Positions 9,051-23,143 of a stretch of 64,000 nt of DNA are shown here, in pieces. Under the pieces are notes generated by a model. That model did no database searches. It saw only the letters and a program-made list of their open reading frames with translations, and had not been told where the DNA came from. The stretch lies in contig JASVEC010000014.1 in assembly GCA_030770535.1 (NCBI GenBank), positions 806,001 through 870,000 of the forward strand, read 5' to 3'. Positions within the stretch are counted from its first letter, which is position 1. Every line of letters starts with the position of its first letter. The DNA comes from Batkoa obscura. Lineage: Eukaryota. Both the position numbers and the translations under genes were made by a program.

Positions 9051-12048
9051 TTAAAAAGGAATTAACTTTAAATGTAAATAAGGAAATTGATGTAATAGTT
9101 CAATCAAGTTGCCTGCAGTAGCATTAGACACTAATACAGAAGGTATCTGTATTTTAGATAAATCTTGAGTATCAGATAACGTAGGTGAAAATAAATCATT
9201 ATTGGTATTAAAAAATAGAATCGCTTTGGCGCCTGCATTTTGAGCATATTCCGCTTTTTTATAAAAGGAACATTCCCCACGAAATATCAAAATAATTTTA
9301 TCTTTAATTGATTGTTTTTCTTCTAAATTATATTCTTGACAACCAAGATGAGTAGTATTTAATAAAGATAAAGGTAAATTTAAATGTTTAAAATTATAAC
9401 TACCAAACATAGCTCTCATACCCAAATAATTAATCTTTTCTAACTCTTTTTCTATATTATGCTGTAATTGTAATTGAATATATAATTTCCAATTCTGATC
9501 ATGATGGTAAATATGATGATTCAGTTGATTTTCAATTATTAATTCACTTAAGATGGGATCTTGTCGATTGATTATATCTTGAATAATATTATTATTACCT
9601 TTACTACATTGGCCTTCATAATTATAATTTTTTATTATTATTGAATTAAATTGTATATTATCTTTATCGTCATGATGTATTAAGGCTCTTATGTAATCAA
9701 AATCAGAGCGATATATTATGTTGCTTTCTAATAAAGGTATCCTTTTAATTTTATCACATTTTAATTTCCATATCTTATTATTGCTATTATCATTAAATTG
9801 TAATTTATCTTTTGTTAATGGTAATAGATGACCTTCTATATTAATAAATAATTTAATGTAATTAACTTATGTTTATATTAAATTTATATTAAATTTACCA
9901 GTAGTAAATATTAGATTAGAATCTAATTTATTAAAATAATTATCTAAAAAATAAATAAGAACATTATTAAATATAGTAGAACAACAATAATATAATACTA
10001 TAATTACCTGTATCAAATAATAAATATAAATATTTTAAAGTTTCACTTAAAAAGAAAGATTCCATACGATCATCTAATGTACCATTTAATACATTACTCA
10101 TTGAAGCAAATCCACATTTACATCGAAATCTAGACTGTAAATCATTTAAAATCATTTCTCCTACTTTTAAATAAAATGGATCTCTTGTTGCCTAATAAAA
10201 ATAACATACGAATAAATATATAACAATATAGATTGATATGACGTAATGTAATATAATACATGTAATATTATTATTATTATTATTACTGTTAATTTACCTG
10301 ATATAACATATAAGTTGACTCAATAAATTCCGGTCTTAATGGATAATAATTTAAGATAGGTTTGTTAGATTCTAAATCAAATCTTTCAGGTAAAGCATGA
10401 AATTTTTCCCATAAATTAAAATAAGTTAAATGTAACTTAATACTGTTTTCCAGATCTCCAGCTAATACCTAAAATAAAAGTATGAAAAACGAATTATTTT
10501 TATTAATATTTAATTTAATCTTAAAGTAACGTTTATCATCTTTTCAATAATGAGTTGAGTTTAAACTTAAATTAAAAACTTACTTGTAACCCTGGAAAAA
10601 AAGCGGCTAGAGAATCAATCCAAGTATTAATTAAATTGGTATTATTAGCATTAATATTAAGATAAAAGAAACCCGAATGATCTCTAGTAAATTTCAATAA
10701 AGCTAAATAACTTGATTCAAATTGATCTAACAATGAATCATCATTTAATAATATTGCACTTTTCAGTAAATATTCAAAAAAGGAATCCATTCCAGCCCCA
10801 ATACCTGACATATTATATAACCACTAATGAATTTTTAGCTGATTAATTAATTTATTACTATTATTCTATTTACCTTTCCATTTCTTAAATCTAATGAATT
10901 ACCAAATAATCCAGTTTCAAATCTTAAATCCCATACTTGTTTTAATGCATCTCTAGCCACTTTCTAAATAAAAACATGTTGTCATTAATAAACCTGTTCA
11001 TTAAAAATCAAATACACTCTACTTACCTCAAACCTATCGTCCCCTGTTAACCTTGATAAAGTAGCAAATTCTAATAACAAAGTACCTACTCCAGCTGTAC
11101 AAGTTTCTGAAGTTTCTACTGTATTCATACCATATTTTAAATTCACTCTAGCAAATGGTATATTCGTTGGAGAGGAATAAAAAGCAGGTAATAATCTTTC
11201 GCCTAAATCTAAGGCTAATGATAATAATTCATTATTGTACCAATCTAATTGAAATCCATGCTCAGGTTGACTAGCAAACATATGACCTGATAACTGGAAA
11301 TAGAAGTTAGTATGAAGTTGATGAAAAGAAAGCTAAATTTAAATAATTACCAGCCCCCCTAACATTCTTATTGTTACTTCAAATACTTGTACTCGAGCAT
11401 CTTTATTAAAATTAACATATTTTATTATTTTTCTAATTCCTTTTTCAAATTCTACTTTATCTCCCAAGACCTAATAAATTAGTCATTAATTTTTATTCAA
11501 GTTTTGTTATTATTTATTAAGATTTTTATTTACAACTAACATATCTATTGAATCAACTAAAGTTAACTGATAATCTCCAAGCACATCATTCACCCCAATA
11601 TTATTTCTATTTAGTTTTATTAGTTTTATTTATAAACTTCTCTTCATTTTTGTAAATAATATTTAATGAAATGATAACTACCTATTTTTTTTATCTCGAT
11701 TAAATCCTTTACAGGAGATTGGTTTTACCTTGTTTTAAATTTTAAATAAACAGATTAATTATTTTTATAATATTTTAATTTTACTTCATCGGATGGAAAA
11801 CCGAATTTCATGTATGAGTTATACGAATGATAAAACATTTCCTTTTAGTTTTAATATAACTGATTATTATTGTTATTTTTTTTATTGATAATAGTTACTT
11901 TTGCCTCTCCTCTATAAATTTCCATTAATATTCATCTTATTATTCAAAAAAATAAAATATTTAATATTTACTTTAATTTAAGCCTTCTATTTTCAGATAT
12001 CAAACTCAAAATCCCTATACTTAATATGCTCCACAGCCATAACTTCAT
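9051..12048 (-). CDS. EDEM/Mnl1-like GH47 alpha-1,2-mannosidase with C-terminal PA domain, multi-exon
   Basis: Signal-like MKLWLWSILSIGILSL; EMFYHSYNSYM, VQVFEVTIRMLG, TCTAGVGTLLLEF, GIGAGMDSFFEYLLK, PLRPEFIES, DRMESFFLSETLKYLYLLF; PA domain RGECSFYKKA. Confidence 0.9.
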
Positions 12049-12509
12049 TATTATTTTTATTATTTTTATAAAAACAAAATCAGAAATTAGTTTATTTTGT
12101 ATTTTTGTTTGAATTTAATTCGTACTTTAATTTAATTGGTTTAATTAAGAATTTTTTATTTTTATTTTTATTTTGATGTTAATGATTTACCTAAAATTTA
12201 AAAAAATCTGTTATTGTGAATGTTACTCATTTTTGTGGAGTTGCAATATGTTGATGATATTGCAAATATATATTATACTATAAAAAATGAACAATTTTAT
12301 AATAATCCGATTAACTCTATTTTGTACAAATATTAAAAAGTGTGCTTCTTATATTTTAATTTTATAACTTTTATGTATTTTTTACATATTAAAATCAATG
12401 AATGTAAAAAAGCTCAAAACAGTAATATACATAAAATGCTTTAAATATTTATTTAATGAATTTTTTATATAGAATGCTAAAAAGAATTAAAAATTTAGAA
12501 AAAGATCTA

Positions 12510-13154
12510 TTAATTAGCACCAACTCGGATGAAAGGTAAAAAGAAGACACAAGACGCTAATAAATTGAAACTAAGTTTACTACCATTGGAAGATTTACCC
12601 CCTTTGCTACTTGGTTTATCGCTTTTAAAGCTTGATTTATCATCATGTTTAGTTGAGCTTACATTCGAACTCGTCGAACTCATAACTGAAGAGGAAGAAG
12701 AAGAGGCAGATGGACTTTCACTTACTTCTTGTTTCAAATATTTTTTCTCACTTTCTTCATTGTCTTGAATAAATACTGGTTTCTTTGGTAATTGATATTT
12801 ACCACTTCCATGAATTTCAAAGGTATGTGAAAACACCCAGCGGTCTTCATTCCCTAGACGTAAAAAATAGTCTTTATTGGATGGTAAATCTTCCACCTTC
12901 CATGTAATATTTTTAGTATTTACTTCCATACCACCATTGATCGAGAGGATCAAGAGCCCATCATTAGGGTCCCCACTCATTAAGTCAAGTGAAATTGTGG
13001 TGTATTTGTAATCTCCTTTATTCTCATCAACGGTGTAATTGATTACTGCCATATCACCACTATTCCATTTACTTTCTGCCCAGGGGTTAACGATTGTTAA
13101 TTCAGTAGCGGTGGTTAAAGCTAACAAAAAGGAGTATATGATGGTAGGTTTCAT
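12510..13154 (-). CDS. Secreted Ser-rich, probably GPI-anchored protein with Kre9/Knh1-like N-terminal domain
   Basis: Signal peptide, IVNP..W..G....I, LDLMSG, W.V...YFLRLG....FSHTF pattern, Ser-rich stalk, hydrophobic C-terminus. Confidence 0.75.
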   Translation of the reverse strand: MKPTIIYSFLLALTTATELTIVNPWAESKWNSGDMAVINYTVDENKGDYKYTTISLDLMSGDPNDGLLILSINGGMEVNTKNITWKVEDLPSNKDYFLRLGNEDRWVFSHTFEIHGSGKYQLPKKPVFIQDNEESEKKYLKQEVSESPSASSSSSSVMSSTSSNVSSTKHDDKSSFKSDKPSSKGGKSSNGSKLSFNLLASCVFFLPFIRVGAN

Positions 13155-13969
13155 TGTTATTAGGATGAATGATTGAAGTAAAAGAGAGATAATGAACTAT
13201 AAAAATTAAAAATTAAAATAATAGATTAAAAAATTTACATTTTTATGTATTTATATACATTTGTTTATTTTGGACATTTATTAATTTTTTAATGTTATAA
13301 AAAATCGATTGTTAGTAACTCAGTTTGAACGTTAATTTATAAAATTTAGTACTTTTTATTGTTAGAGGGTTAATTTGGACTGTAGCTTTTGAATGTGAAT
13401 CTTGGGTTTTTTTTCTAGGAAATTAATCTGTAGTTAAACTGTTAATTCCAATTGTAGATGAATAATCAACAATTCAATGTTTAACTAAAATCTTTAAATA
13501 TTGTTTAATTAATATATTTTAAGTAGTATGTTATTTGGAAATGTAAAAATATAAAATATAAAAATATTGGTTTTGTTAAAAATTACTTGTTCTAGTTGGT
13601 ATTCTAGATCTATTTAATAATAAAATTAATGTTTAGCCTATTATTCTTTAAACTTTAACTAAATATTTTAATCTCCGAAATTAGAAAAAGATAATTAATA
13701 TTTTAATAACAGATTTTAATATTGGATCTCAACTAACTAATATTGTAAGATAATCTATATTAAAAAATAAAAGTAAAATAGTACTAATGTTTATTCAGGT
13801 TAATTTTGGACATGAAAGATATTCTTTTAATTTACTATTAGTTCCATTTATATAAAAAATGCCTTATTTGTTTATTAATGTAACTAGATAAAACAGAAGG
13901 CAGACTAAAAATGAGCTTTAGATGGTTTAAAAAACATAAATATAAAAAGAAGAATAGTTCTCTAATTGA

Positions 13970-14042
13970 TGCCTTCTATCGGAATCGAACCAATGACCTT
14001 CCGCTTACTAGGCGGACGCTCTGCCAACTGAGCCAAGAAGGC
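13970..14042 (-). tRNA. tRNA-Thr(AGT)
   Basis: Minus strand GCCTTCT-TGGCTCAGTTGGCAGAGC-G-TCCGC-CTAGTAA-GCGGA-AGGTC-ATTGG-TTCGATT-CCGAT-AGAAGGC-A folds as a 73-nt cloverleaf with anticodon AGT. Confidence 0.95.
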
Positions 14043-14419
14043 AACTTATTTACAATCAGAATGTTCCAGCTGTATATAATCTAAATATATATCCATAGTT
14101 TGTTAAATTTTTTAAAATGATATTATTTTTATACAAAGTCTATTATTGCAGCGTAGCATTCTTAAACCAATTTACAAGTTCAGATTTTCAATTTTTAACA
14201 TCTACATTGAACCAATTTATGAACTAATTTAGTCATCACATTTACATTACTTGTCCAAAATGTTAATATTTTAACTAAATGATTGGATAACTAAATCGTT
14301 TAGCCAATTAGATTGCACTTACAAAGTTTTAGATGTTTATATTAAAAAGAGTATTTTGACTTATTTCACATTCTAACTCGAACTTTTCAAATTTATTTAG
14401 TAGCTAGTTTACAACTAGA

Positions 14420-15788
14420 ATGGGATGTACAGAAGTGTTAAGACGCTTTCATCTGAATCAATTAAAAATCCAAAATCTAGATGCTGAAGGAAACTGCACG
14501 GATTCGATTGAAAAAGCGACCAAATTTGCCTTTGGTTCTATAATTGTTTATGAAGCTTCCCAAAAGACAGAAATACCCATTTGGGAAGCTCATGGCTTAG
14601 TTTATAATTTAAGAACTTTGATTTATTTTCTTGATAATGAAGATTGTAGTTATAATCATTATGTTAAGAAATGTAAAGATAATCAAGTACCTGCGGTTAA
14701 ACAAAAGGATGTGGAAAGTTTAAAATTATATTTTAATGGGGTTTCGAACGGATATATCTGTCCTGATTATTCAGACTCAGAAGATGAAGAGTTATTTAAA
14801 GGTAATATTAAAGAACTATTTTATATACTATGCTTTTATTGACATATTGTAGCTAAAAAACCAATAGTAAGTGGAATGAGAAAATTAAAAAATGAGTTAT
14901 GGTCTAGTAGTTATATACGTCGAGGAGTAATTGATTATGGCTCACTTAAAGATTTAAATAGTGCTGAAATTAGTGATTTGCAACAAAAAATCGATTTGAA
15001 AAAAGTTAAAGTAAATATTAATGAATTTTTAAATATTTTATTAAGATAATATTTAGAGAAGTTTAGATCCTATAGTTGAAAAATTAATGGATATTGAAGT
15101 ACGTAAAAGAAATAAAACATATATTGAACAGACAAGAGTTAGTTTACCAGGAGGATTTGATGAAATGGTACAAGAGAGATTAGTCAAACCAAAATATATT
15201 AAAGAATTAACATTTGAAGAAAAATATGGACCGCCAATTATTATTGTACCAGAAAATACTACTGCTCATATTACTAAATATAATGTTAAGAGGTTTTTAG
15301 AAGGAAAAGGTCATAAAACTACATTAGAATTAATGAATTATATGGAAAAGCCAAAAGAAGTTATTATTAATTATGATTTAAATGATAAAGAAGGTTATTA
15401 TTTAGACTCACAAAACAATCCATATTTATTGCCTAATAAATTTGAAGTCTTAGACAATATTGGTAGTCTTAAACCAGAACATTGGAAGAGAGTAGTAGCT
15501 GTATTTAGTAATGGTAAAGATTGGCAATTTAAAGAATTTAAATGGAATAATCCAAAAACAGTATTTTATAAATTAAAAGGATATTATTTATACAATACAG
15601 ATCGATTAGATCATATACCTAATCTTTGTAAAGATTGGAATGTTACTCAATTAAATGTTGCTAAAAATGAATTGACTGAAGATAAATATAATACATTTAT
15701 TAATCAATTTTGGTTTGATATTAAATCTCATATCTTAAAAAAATTCCCTCATTACCTGGTTCCTATTAAATTTTGGGCATCTAATTAA
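14420..15788 (+). CDS. CDC73: Paf1 complex subunit Cdc73, about 3 exons
   Basis: N-terminal YNLRTLIYFL...YVKKC...VPAV; C-terminal PIIIVP...ITKYNVKRFLE, WKRVVAVF..GKDWQFK.FKW. Confidence 0.85.
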
Positions 15789-15906
15789 AGATTATTAAAT
15801 AAACAAATTGAAAGATAAATAAAATAGAAATAAAATAATATTTTATTATTTTATTCTTACTATTTTATTAGTATTATTTTATTATTGTTATTATTTTATT
15901 ATGTTT

Positions 15907-18449
15907 TTATTTAATATCAATAGAAATAATAGAAATAGGTTCTAATGGTTTATCACTATTATTAACTTTAGTATTTTCAATACGATGAACTACATCAAAA
16001 CCCCCAATTACTTTGCCAAAGATAGTATGTTTCTTATTCAACCAATCACATTTCAAAGTAGTAATAAAAAATTGAGAACCATTGGTATTAGGTCCAGCAT
16101 TAGCCATAGCTAATATATAAGGTGAATTGAAATTTAAATCATTATTAATTTCATCTTCAAAATCTTTTTTAAACATTGATTCACCACCGGTGCCATCTCC
16201 AAATGGACATCCCGTTTGAATCATAAATCCTTTAATTACTCGATGAAATATAAGTGAATCATAATATCCTTTACGACTTAATGTACAATAATTTAATACT
16301 GCTTTAGGTGCTTGTTTAGGATATAGCATTAAATGAATATCTCCCTCACTTGTATGAATTGTTGTTTTAGTTCCCATTTCTCCACTGCTTATCATTTTAT
16401 CTGAATTAATACTACGCTCTTCACGTGATGGTTTTTCATTAAATACATCTCTATCAACATTCCTAATTTTAAAATAAAATTAATATTATATAGATTGTAT
16501 ATATTATACTATGACTTACTTATCTGGATTCCTATTACTGAATAAATAAAATCGATTTCTTTTATAAGCAGTTAAAAACAAAGTAGGATCCGATTGATTT
16601 TCTTCTTCTAATAATGGATTATTACTAGCTACCATATTAATAGTAAGATCTTTCTTTTTTTGTGGAATATCTTGATATAAAGCTACATTAAGAAATCTAA
16701 CTGGTTCATTTTTACCAATTAATCGTACTACTTTATTGTTATGTAAATTTATAATTTTAATTCCTAACATACTTGGATAAATTATAAAATTATTGCTATA
16801 ATCAAATACTATATCAAATTTATTAATATTTTATATATTATTATATATTGTTAATTAATTATATTACCAGCATTAACATGTTCTCCTTGTAATGTATTTG
16901 GCCATTCTTTTTCTACTACTAATCGTCGACCGTACTCCATTGGATCTAATTTATACATGTCACTACCAGCCTAAATAAAATATAAATAATATAAATGATA
17001 CAAATAATATAAATAATATAGATAATTACTTGTTGTAAATCATGATAAATATCCAAATTTTCATCTAACTTTTTCCATAGTTTTCCTGATTTTGTTTTAA
17101 AGATACGAATCATACGATCTGTTTTAAATGAAACAGTTGAAAATAATTGAAAATCGTTTGAAAATTGAATATTAGTTGGATATGACTTGTTCTTTTTAAA
17201 ATCATATAGATCTGTTTCTCCTTTAAATTCAAAATCTAAATTACTTGGTATTAAATGTGGTGACTTTAAACTCCAATATTCTAAATAGCCATTGTCATCT
17301 CCACTAATTATCATATCATAAATTGGATTATATGCCATACATGTGACATTATATTTATGTAATTTATCTAAACTAGTTATTGGTTCTAATTTATTCATAC
17401 CATCATATATATGAATAGATGAACTATTTTTATCTGAACTAATAATAATTCATATTAATTGATTTTGTTATATTAAATTAACTAATATATTTCTTACACT
17501 ACTAATTTTATGATTGCATCCCCAGGTTTGTAAGCAAAAGTAAGTGTTCCAGGAGTATAATTTAATCGAATCATATGGATCATATCTAACAGATAAAATT
17601 TTAATTAGTTAATTGATTAAAAAAATATGAAAAAACAATAATTTACTTACCAAAACTTAAGATATCAAAGATACGTATACTTTTATCATTTGAAATAGAA
17701 GCAATATATTGCCCATCGATAGATAAAGATAATCCAGTAATAATATCTATATACGTTTATAAGTAAATTTAGTTATATAAAAATAATAAAATAAAATAAA
17801 ATAAAATAAAGTACCTGAATGAGCTTTATAATTTTTAATAAATTCAATCCCTTGCTTTGTTTTTTTCCAAAATTTAATATGACCATCTAAAGAAGCGGTA
17901 ACAATAAAATCATTACTAAAATTTAAGTGAGTAAAATAAAAGATAAATTCAAAATTTCAAACTTACGGACAGTTTAAAATCATACTAAGTTGATCTCGAT
18001 GCATATAACTTCTTTCATACATTTCACATTTTGGGATTTCTTTTAAGTATAAATTTTCATGAAGTAATACTGTTTTTATTTAGATTTATTTTTTCTTTGT
18101 CCAAATTTAAAAATAATGAGTTACCTTTTCTTTTCTTTTGGTTTTGATCTTGAGTTGGCATAGGTCCAATATCATCATTATCATTATCAACTGATGGCAT
18201 AGGCCCTATATCTTCTTTATCATTTGCTGGCATAGGACCAATGTCATCATTTGATTCTATATCCTCCTTTCTTTGAACTTCTTCTTCCTTCTTTTCATTA
18301 TTTTCCAATTTAATTCTTTTTGATAGATCATGACCATTATCTATGATCTGTTTTCCATTGATATTTTTCTTATCATTTCCTTCTTTTTTTATTAATTAAT
18401 TACTTAATTGAATGATTTTTTAATATTGTTACTTACTTGAAGCTTCCAT
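15907..18449 (-). CDS. PPWD1: WD40 + cyclophilin protein (PPWD1/Cyp15), multi-exon
   Basis: DIGPMP N-terminal repeats, [34 protein letters not shown], cyclophilin [30 protein letters not shown]. Confidence 0.92.
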
Positions 18450-19292
18450 TGATTTTAGAATTTTGGAATTTAAGACTTAAAAAATAGTTAAAGTGATTTC
18501 GAGCATCAGACAAATTAAGTAATGCATAAGTTCAACTTATGTCACTTTTTGAGCTGCATTATTTGCTTTGGAATGGTTATTGTAAAATAATTGTAATTTT
18601 TTAATAGAACTTATTCGACCTAGTTAAATAAATAATTATAGTAACATAAATTAATGTTTGTTATCTTATAGAGTTACTTAAATCTAATAGAAACTTTAAG
18701 TTTGTTCTATATATTAATAAATCTAATTTCAAAGTGAAATAAATTTAAACTCAATTTAATATGAAATTTTGATCATTTGATTCAAGAGGCTTATCGTTTA
18801 AAATAATGCTATTGTAACTGAGCTAACTAATAAAAATCCCAATCAACTATGTTGAAAAGATTGGATATTAAATTAACAGGCAGAAATAAGAAAGTGATTG
18901 ATAGATTGATATATAAAAAATGATTTGATTTCCTATAAGATAATAATAACCAGAGTTAACTTAATAAAGTAATTAGTAATGAGGAGAGCTGAAGATTCAA
19001 ATCTAAACTAAATTTCAACAGCAAATTAACTTTGCTAATGGCTACGTAACTGAAACTAAAACCTAAAGTTTCAGATTGCAGAAAAATAACTATTATAAAT
19101 AAAATTTATTATCGTTTTGCATCTTTTTATCTTTTTGTAAATAAAATTTTTAAAATTTATCACTTTAACATAGTTAATTAGAGATTGGTAACCTAGTAGA
19201 ATTAAATTCAATATTAGTATTATCTAATTTCTTTAATAATTAGTGAATTAATAACTTATCTATATATCAAAGACAATTCAATAATATTTAGC

Positions 19293-22200
19293 ATGCCCGT
19301 TGCTTCGAAAAAAAATAAAAAGAAAGTCAACAATAGCTCCAACAATACTGTGTCAACTCCAGTCCAAAACACAGTTAAATCAGAGCCAGTAATCTTACCT
19401 AACAATGGAAAACCCAAATTATTTATATTGTTCTATACCACTTATTTACATATTTATAAAATGGCGTTAGAAATTAAAAAAGGAGCTGAAAAACAAGGGA
19501 AATGTGATGTTTATCTTTATCAAATTCCAGAAACCCTTTCAAAAGAAGGTATTATTAAGACTTTTTTTTATTAGATTTTGACCTAGATATAAGATAATAA
19601 TGACTAATTGAAACTAACCTATTTTTGAATCATCTTTTAGCTCTTAAAAAAGTACGTGCTCCCCCTAAACCAAATGTACCCTATATTACAACTGATTTAC
19701 TTCGTCAAGCAGATGGTATCTTATTTGGGTTTCCGTAAGTTATTAGAAACTATAAGTTAAAACATTAAGAGTTTTATTCATAGAAATTACTATAATATAT
19801 GATTCAATACTAATATTTTATTATTTAGTACTAGATATGGTATCTTACCAGCCCAATTGAAGGACTTTATTGATTCTTGTGGTCAATTATGGGCCAAGTA
19901 ATTGATTTATTATTTTCTATATTTGGTTAATGACTGACGTCATGATTTTTAGGGGTGAATTAGCGGGTAAAATGGCAGGTACTTTTGTTTCAACAGCAAC
20001 TCAACATGGAGGTCAAGAAACTTCTATCTTGACTTTCCTTACTACCCTTGCTCATTTTGGGATTATTTATGTACCCTTTGGTAAGACTAAAAATAGATGG
20101 TTAGAATTAATAAAAACTAAAACTTGTTAGGTTACTCCTCTCCTCATCTTAACAACGATACCGAAATTTTAGGCGGTAGTCCATGGGGCTCATCCGTTAT
20201 TGCTGGTAAAGATGGTACCCGTCAGCCAAGTGAATTGGAGTTAGAAATTGCTAATTTACAGGTTTGTTTTTATTTAATTTTAATTTCTTTGAATATTAAT
20301 TCCATTTATTAGGGAGAAAATTTTTCTAAAACATTAGCACGTTATAATTTAAAATTAACGTTACAAAATGAAAAATCTAAAGAAAGTTTAGTAGCTGGTG
20401 GCGATTTGAAAAATTTCAATGACTCAAATTTGGATAACAACTCTTCTAACCCTAATACAGAAGTTAGTCCATTATCAAAAGATTCGAATATGAATATTAA
20501 ATTAGATAATGTACCAGTATCAAGTGATAAAGAGTCAAGTGGGATTCAAACTAAACTTGGATTAGCTTCTGGTGCGGTTGCAGCAGGGATACTTGCATCG
20601 GATGCTGTTTCAACTAAAGCTCGTGAGAACAATGTCCAAAATTCCACAAGTATATTAGAATCTCATTTTGATGATAATATTATGGCTATTCCAGCCGACA
20701 TGGATAGTACACGAGGCGTAGTTGATCAACAAGTTCAATACAACAATTTACAAAGTGAAGGAAGTTTAGAAAATAATCCCCTATTAACTAGTAAAGAAAA
20801 TTATCTTGATAGTGTTGCTACCAGTGATGCTTCTGGGCTCCTTTTACAAAATTCTAAAGGTAGGGAACATGATACTATCCCAAATGATGACACAGCTACT
20901 ATGCCTATCATCACTACAAGGAATGAAGTTAAGGATGAAAGTAACATGACATCAAGCCAAGCTGTTTTATCTATGGATACTGATAGCACTGGCGCCCATT
21001 ATCAACAAGGTCCATTAGTATTAACTGAAACTCAACCTTTAACTCTTAATCTTGATAAATCTTCTCATTTGACTTCCACTATTGATTCATCTGGAGATTT
21101 GAAAGCAATTCCAACAGAAACTTTAGGATCAGATAATATTGTTTTAGGACCTGGAGGAAATGCTGGGGATGGAAGTACTATAAATAGCAGCTATCCAGCC
21201 AATGATAATATTGGTGAAAAATCCAGGGGTAATATGCCAAATAAGTTGGAGAGTGGTATGGCTCTTGCATCCACTGCTAGTGTAGTTGGAGCAACAGCAG
21301 CAGTTGCTTCTAGTAGAAATGATAACTCTAATGTCGAGCCGCCTAACGAATTAAATCATGCAACTGAAGAAAGCCTTAATAAAATGTATTCCGAAGGTTA
21401 TAAAGGAGTAGAAACTAGCAATGATGTAACACACAGAAATGTCAATCGGACCTTAGTCCAAGGAATTCCAATTGAAAGCGAAGTTGCAGGAGCTGCCAGC
21501 TCTACTTCTGGACAAATAGTTGATTTCAAAGCTTTAAGTGAAAAACAAAGTTCTTTAATTATACCAATTAAACAAAAAGATACTTTAGGACCATTAAAAA
21601 TGGATAAAAACGATAGTAAAAAATCAACTACAAGCTCAAATAATACTGGTGAAAAACAAGACAGTAGAAGATCTTCATCTATATTAGCGAGTGCAGCACT
21701 TACCGCTGCTAGTGCTGTAGCTGCTGGTATCTTTGCCAATAAAGGGGTCAAGAAAAGTAAAGAAAAAAAAGCAGAAAAGATGAATCAACTTAATGATTCG
21801 GTTGCAGCTGATATGCATGAATCTGCATTACCTGTAACCAACGAGTACAATAAAGACAACTTAGTAGTAGAACCTACACCACCTGTTACTGGAACTTTAG
21901 CTTCAGATCCAAAGGCCACTGAAGCAGATATTCCTAAAGTAGTAGTTACTCCAACTTTAAATGATAAAGGAGTCGATAGAGTTTCCGGACAAAATATGAG
22001 CACTGGAAACGCCCCTTCACCAGATATCGATGCTCGTGGTAAAAATGTATCTCAGGCTTTTAATTTAAATGATAGTATAGCACCAGCACTTGGTAGTACT
22101 GCTGGAGTTGCCGCTGCTACAGCTACAACTGGTGCTGTTTTGTCACATGATGTTAATCATACCAATGGATCCTCTGGAGCTATAGTCAATACCCAATCTA

Positions 22201-22487
22201 AAGAAAGTGATACCCAACCTCGTATCGGCCATGATGTACAAACCAAAAAATCTTTTGGTACTGGTATTCCAGAAATCCCAGTACCAGTTACAGCAACACA
22301 AGCCTCCAGCCAAAACCCTGGGTATAGTTCGGTTAAAGAAAAGGAATCGTATGATAATAAAACGACCCGATCTAAAAATTCGAGCCTTGCTAAAGATAAA
22401 TCTTCCACTTCGAGCTTAAAGAAATTATTTAATCGACTTTCTTTTAGAAAAAAGGATCCCTTCGTTGATACCGATGATGATATGTAA
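19293..22487 (+). CDS. WrbA/Pst2-family flavodoxin-like NAD(P)H:quinone oxidoreductase fused to a ~700-aa low-complexity tail
   Basis: YTTYLHI, YQIPETLS, ADGILFGFP/TRYG, GTFVSTATQHGGQET, GGSPWG, RQPSELELEIA. Splicing the intron 20262-20312 gives GENFSKTLARY..., which runs in frame without a stop into the 20406-22487 ORF. Confidence 0.8.
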
Positions 22488-22635
22488 CATATGATTGATT
22501 GATATCTTTTATAATGGATTGATAAACATAGTTACCTTTAAAACTTGGTTGCTTCAATCTTATAGTATTTTTATAATTATCAAGTATTTTTTTAGCGTTG
22601 CCTTTTCATTTAAGGGTTAATAAATTTAAGCTATG

Positions 22636-22742
22636 ATATGGGAGTGTTTTTTTTGACTTCATTATTTTTTCCATTTTTTAACCGCTATTTAAGCGGAAAA
22701 TTTGTTAGTAAAATTCTTAAACACAAAAATATATCCTCATAT
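22636..22742 (+). mobile_element. ~105-bp MITE copy
   Basis: ATAT-GGGAGTGT...ATATCCTC-ATAT. Confidence 0.88.
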
Positions 22743-23143
22743 GTAGTTTTTTCATAAGTTTCATATTTTCATTACATTTAAAAAGTGTTAATTAGTCATA
22801 ATTATAAGATAATTGTTAAAACAGTCTAATTTTTTGGAGAAATCCGTTCTGATTAGGATATATAATTACTATAATTTACTTTTTTGAGGGAAACACAGTC
22901 CTTAGTTGTAAAAATAGCTACTGTTGCAATCAATAACTTTTATTAGTTTTACTGTTAAAAGCCAAATACTTTTGAAACTACCTTTTATTCAACTTGAACC
23001 TTAAATCTATAGTTGATTTGGCTTTTCTATGAAAAGATTCAATCCAGACTTTGATGAATGATATGCATTACTTCGATAGAAATTAGATATTAAACTAATT
23101 TAGATAAAATAGCTTTTAGGGTCTATGAACTTCATTAATTACT

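Noticed and set aside
13970..14042. tRNA-Thr as the primer or integration target of the gypsy element
   Set aside because: Its 3' end (..AGAAGGCA) does not match the PBS and it lies about 9 kb or more from any LTR.
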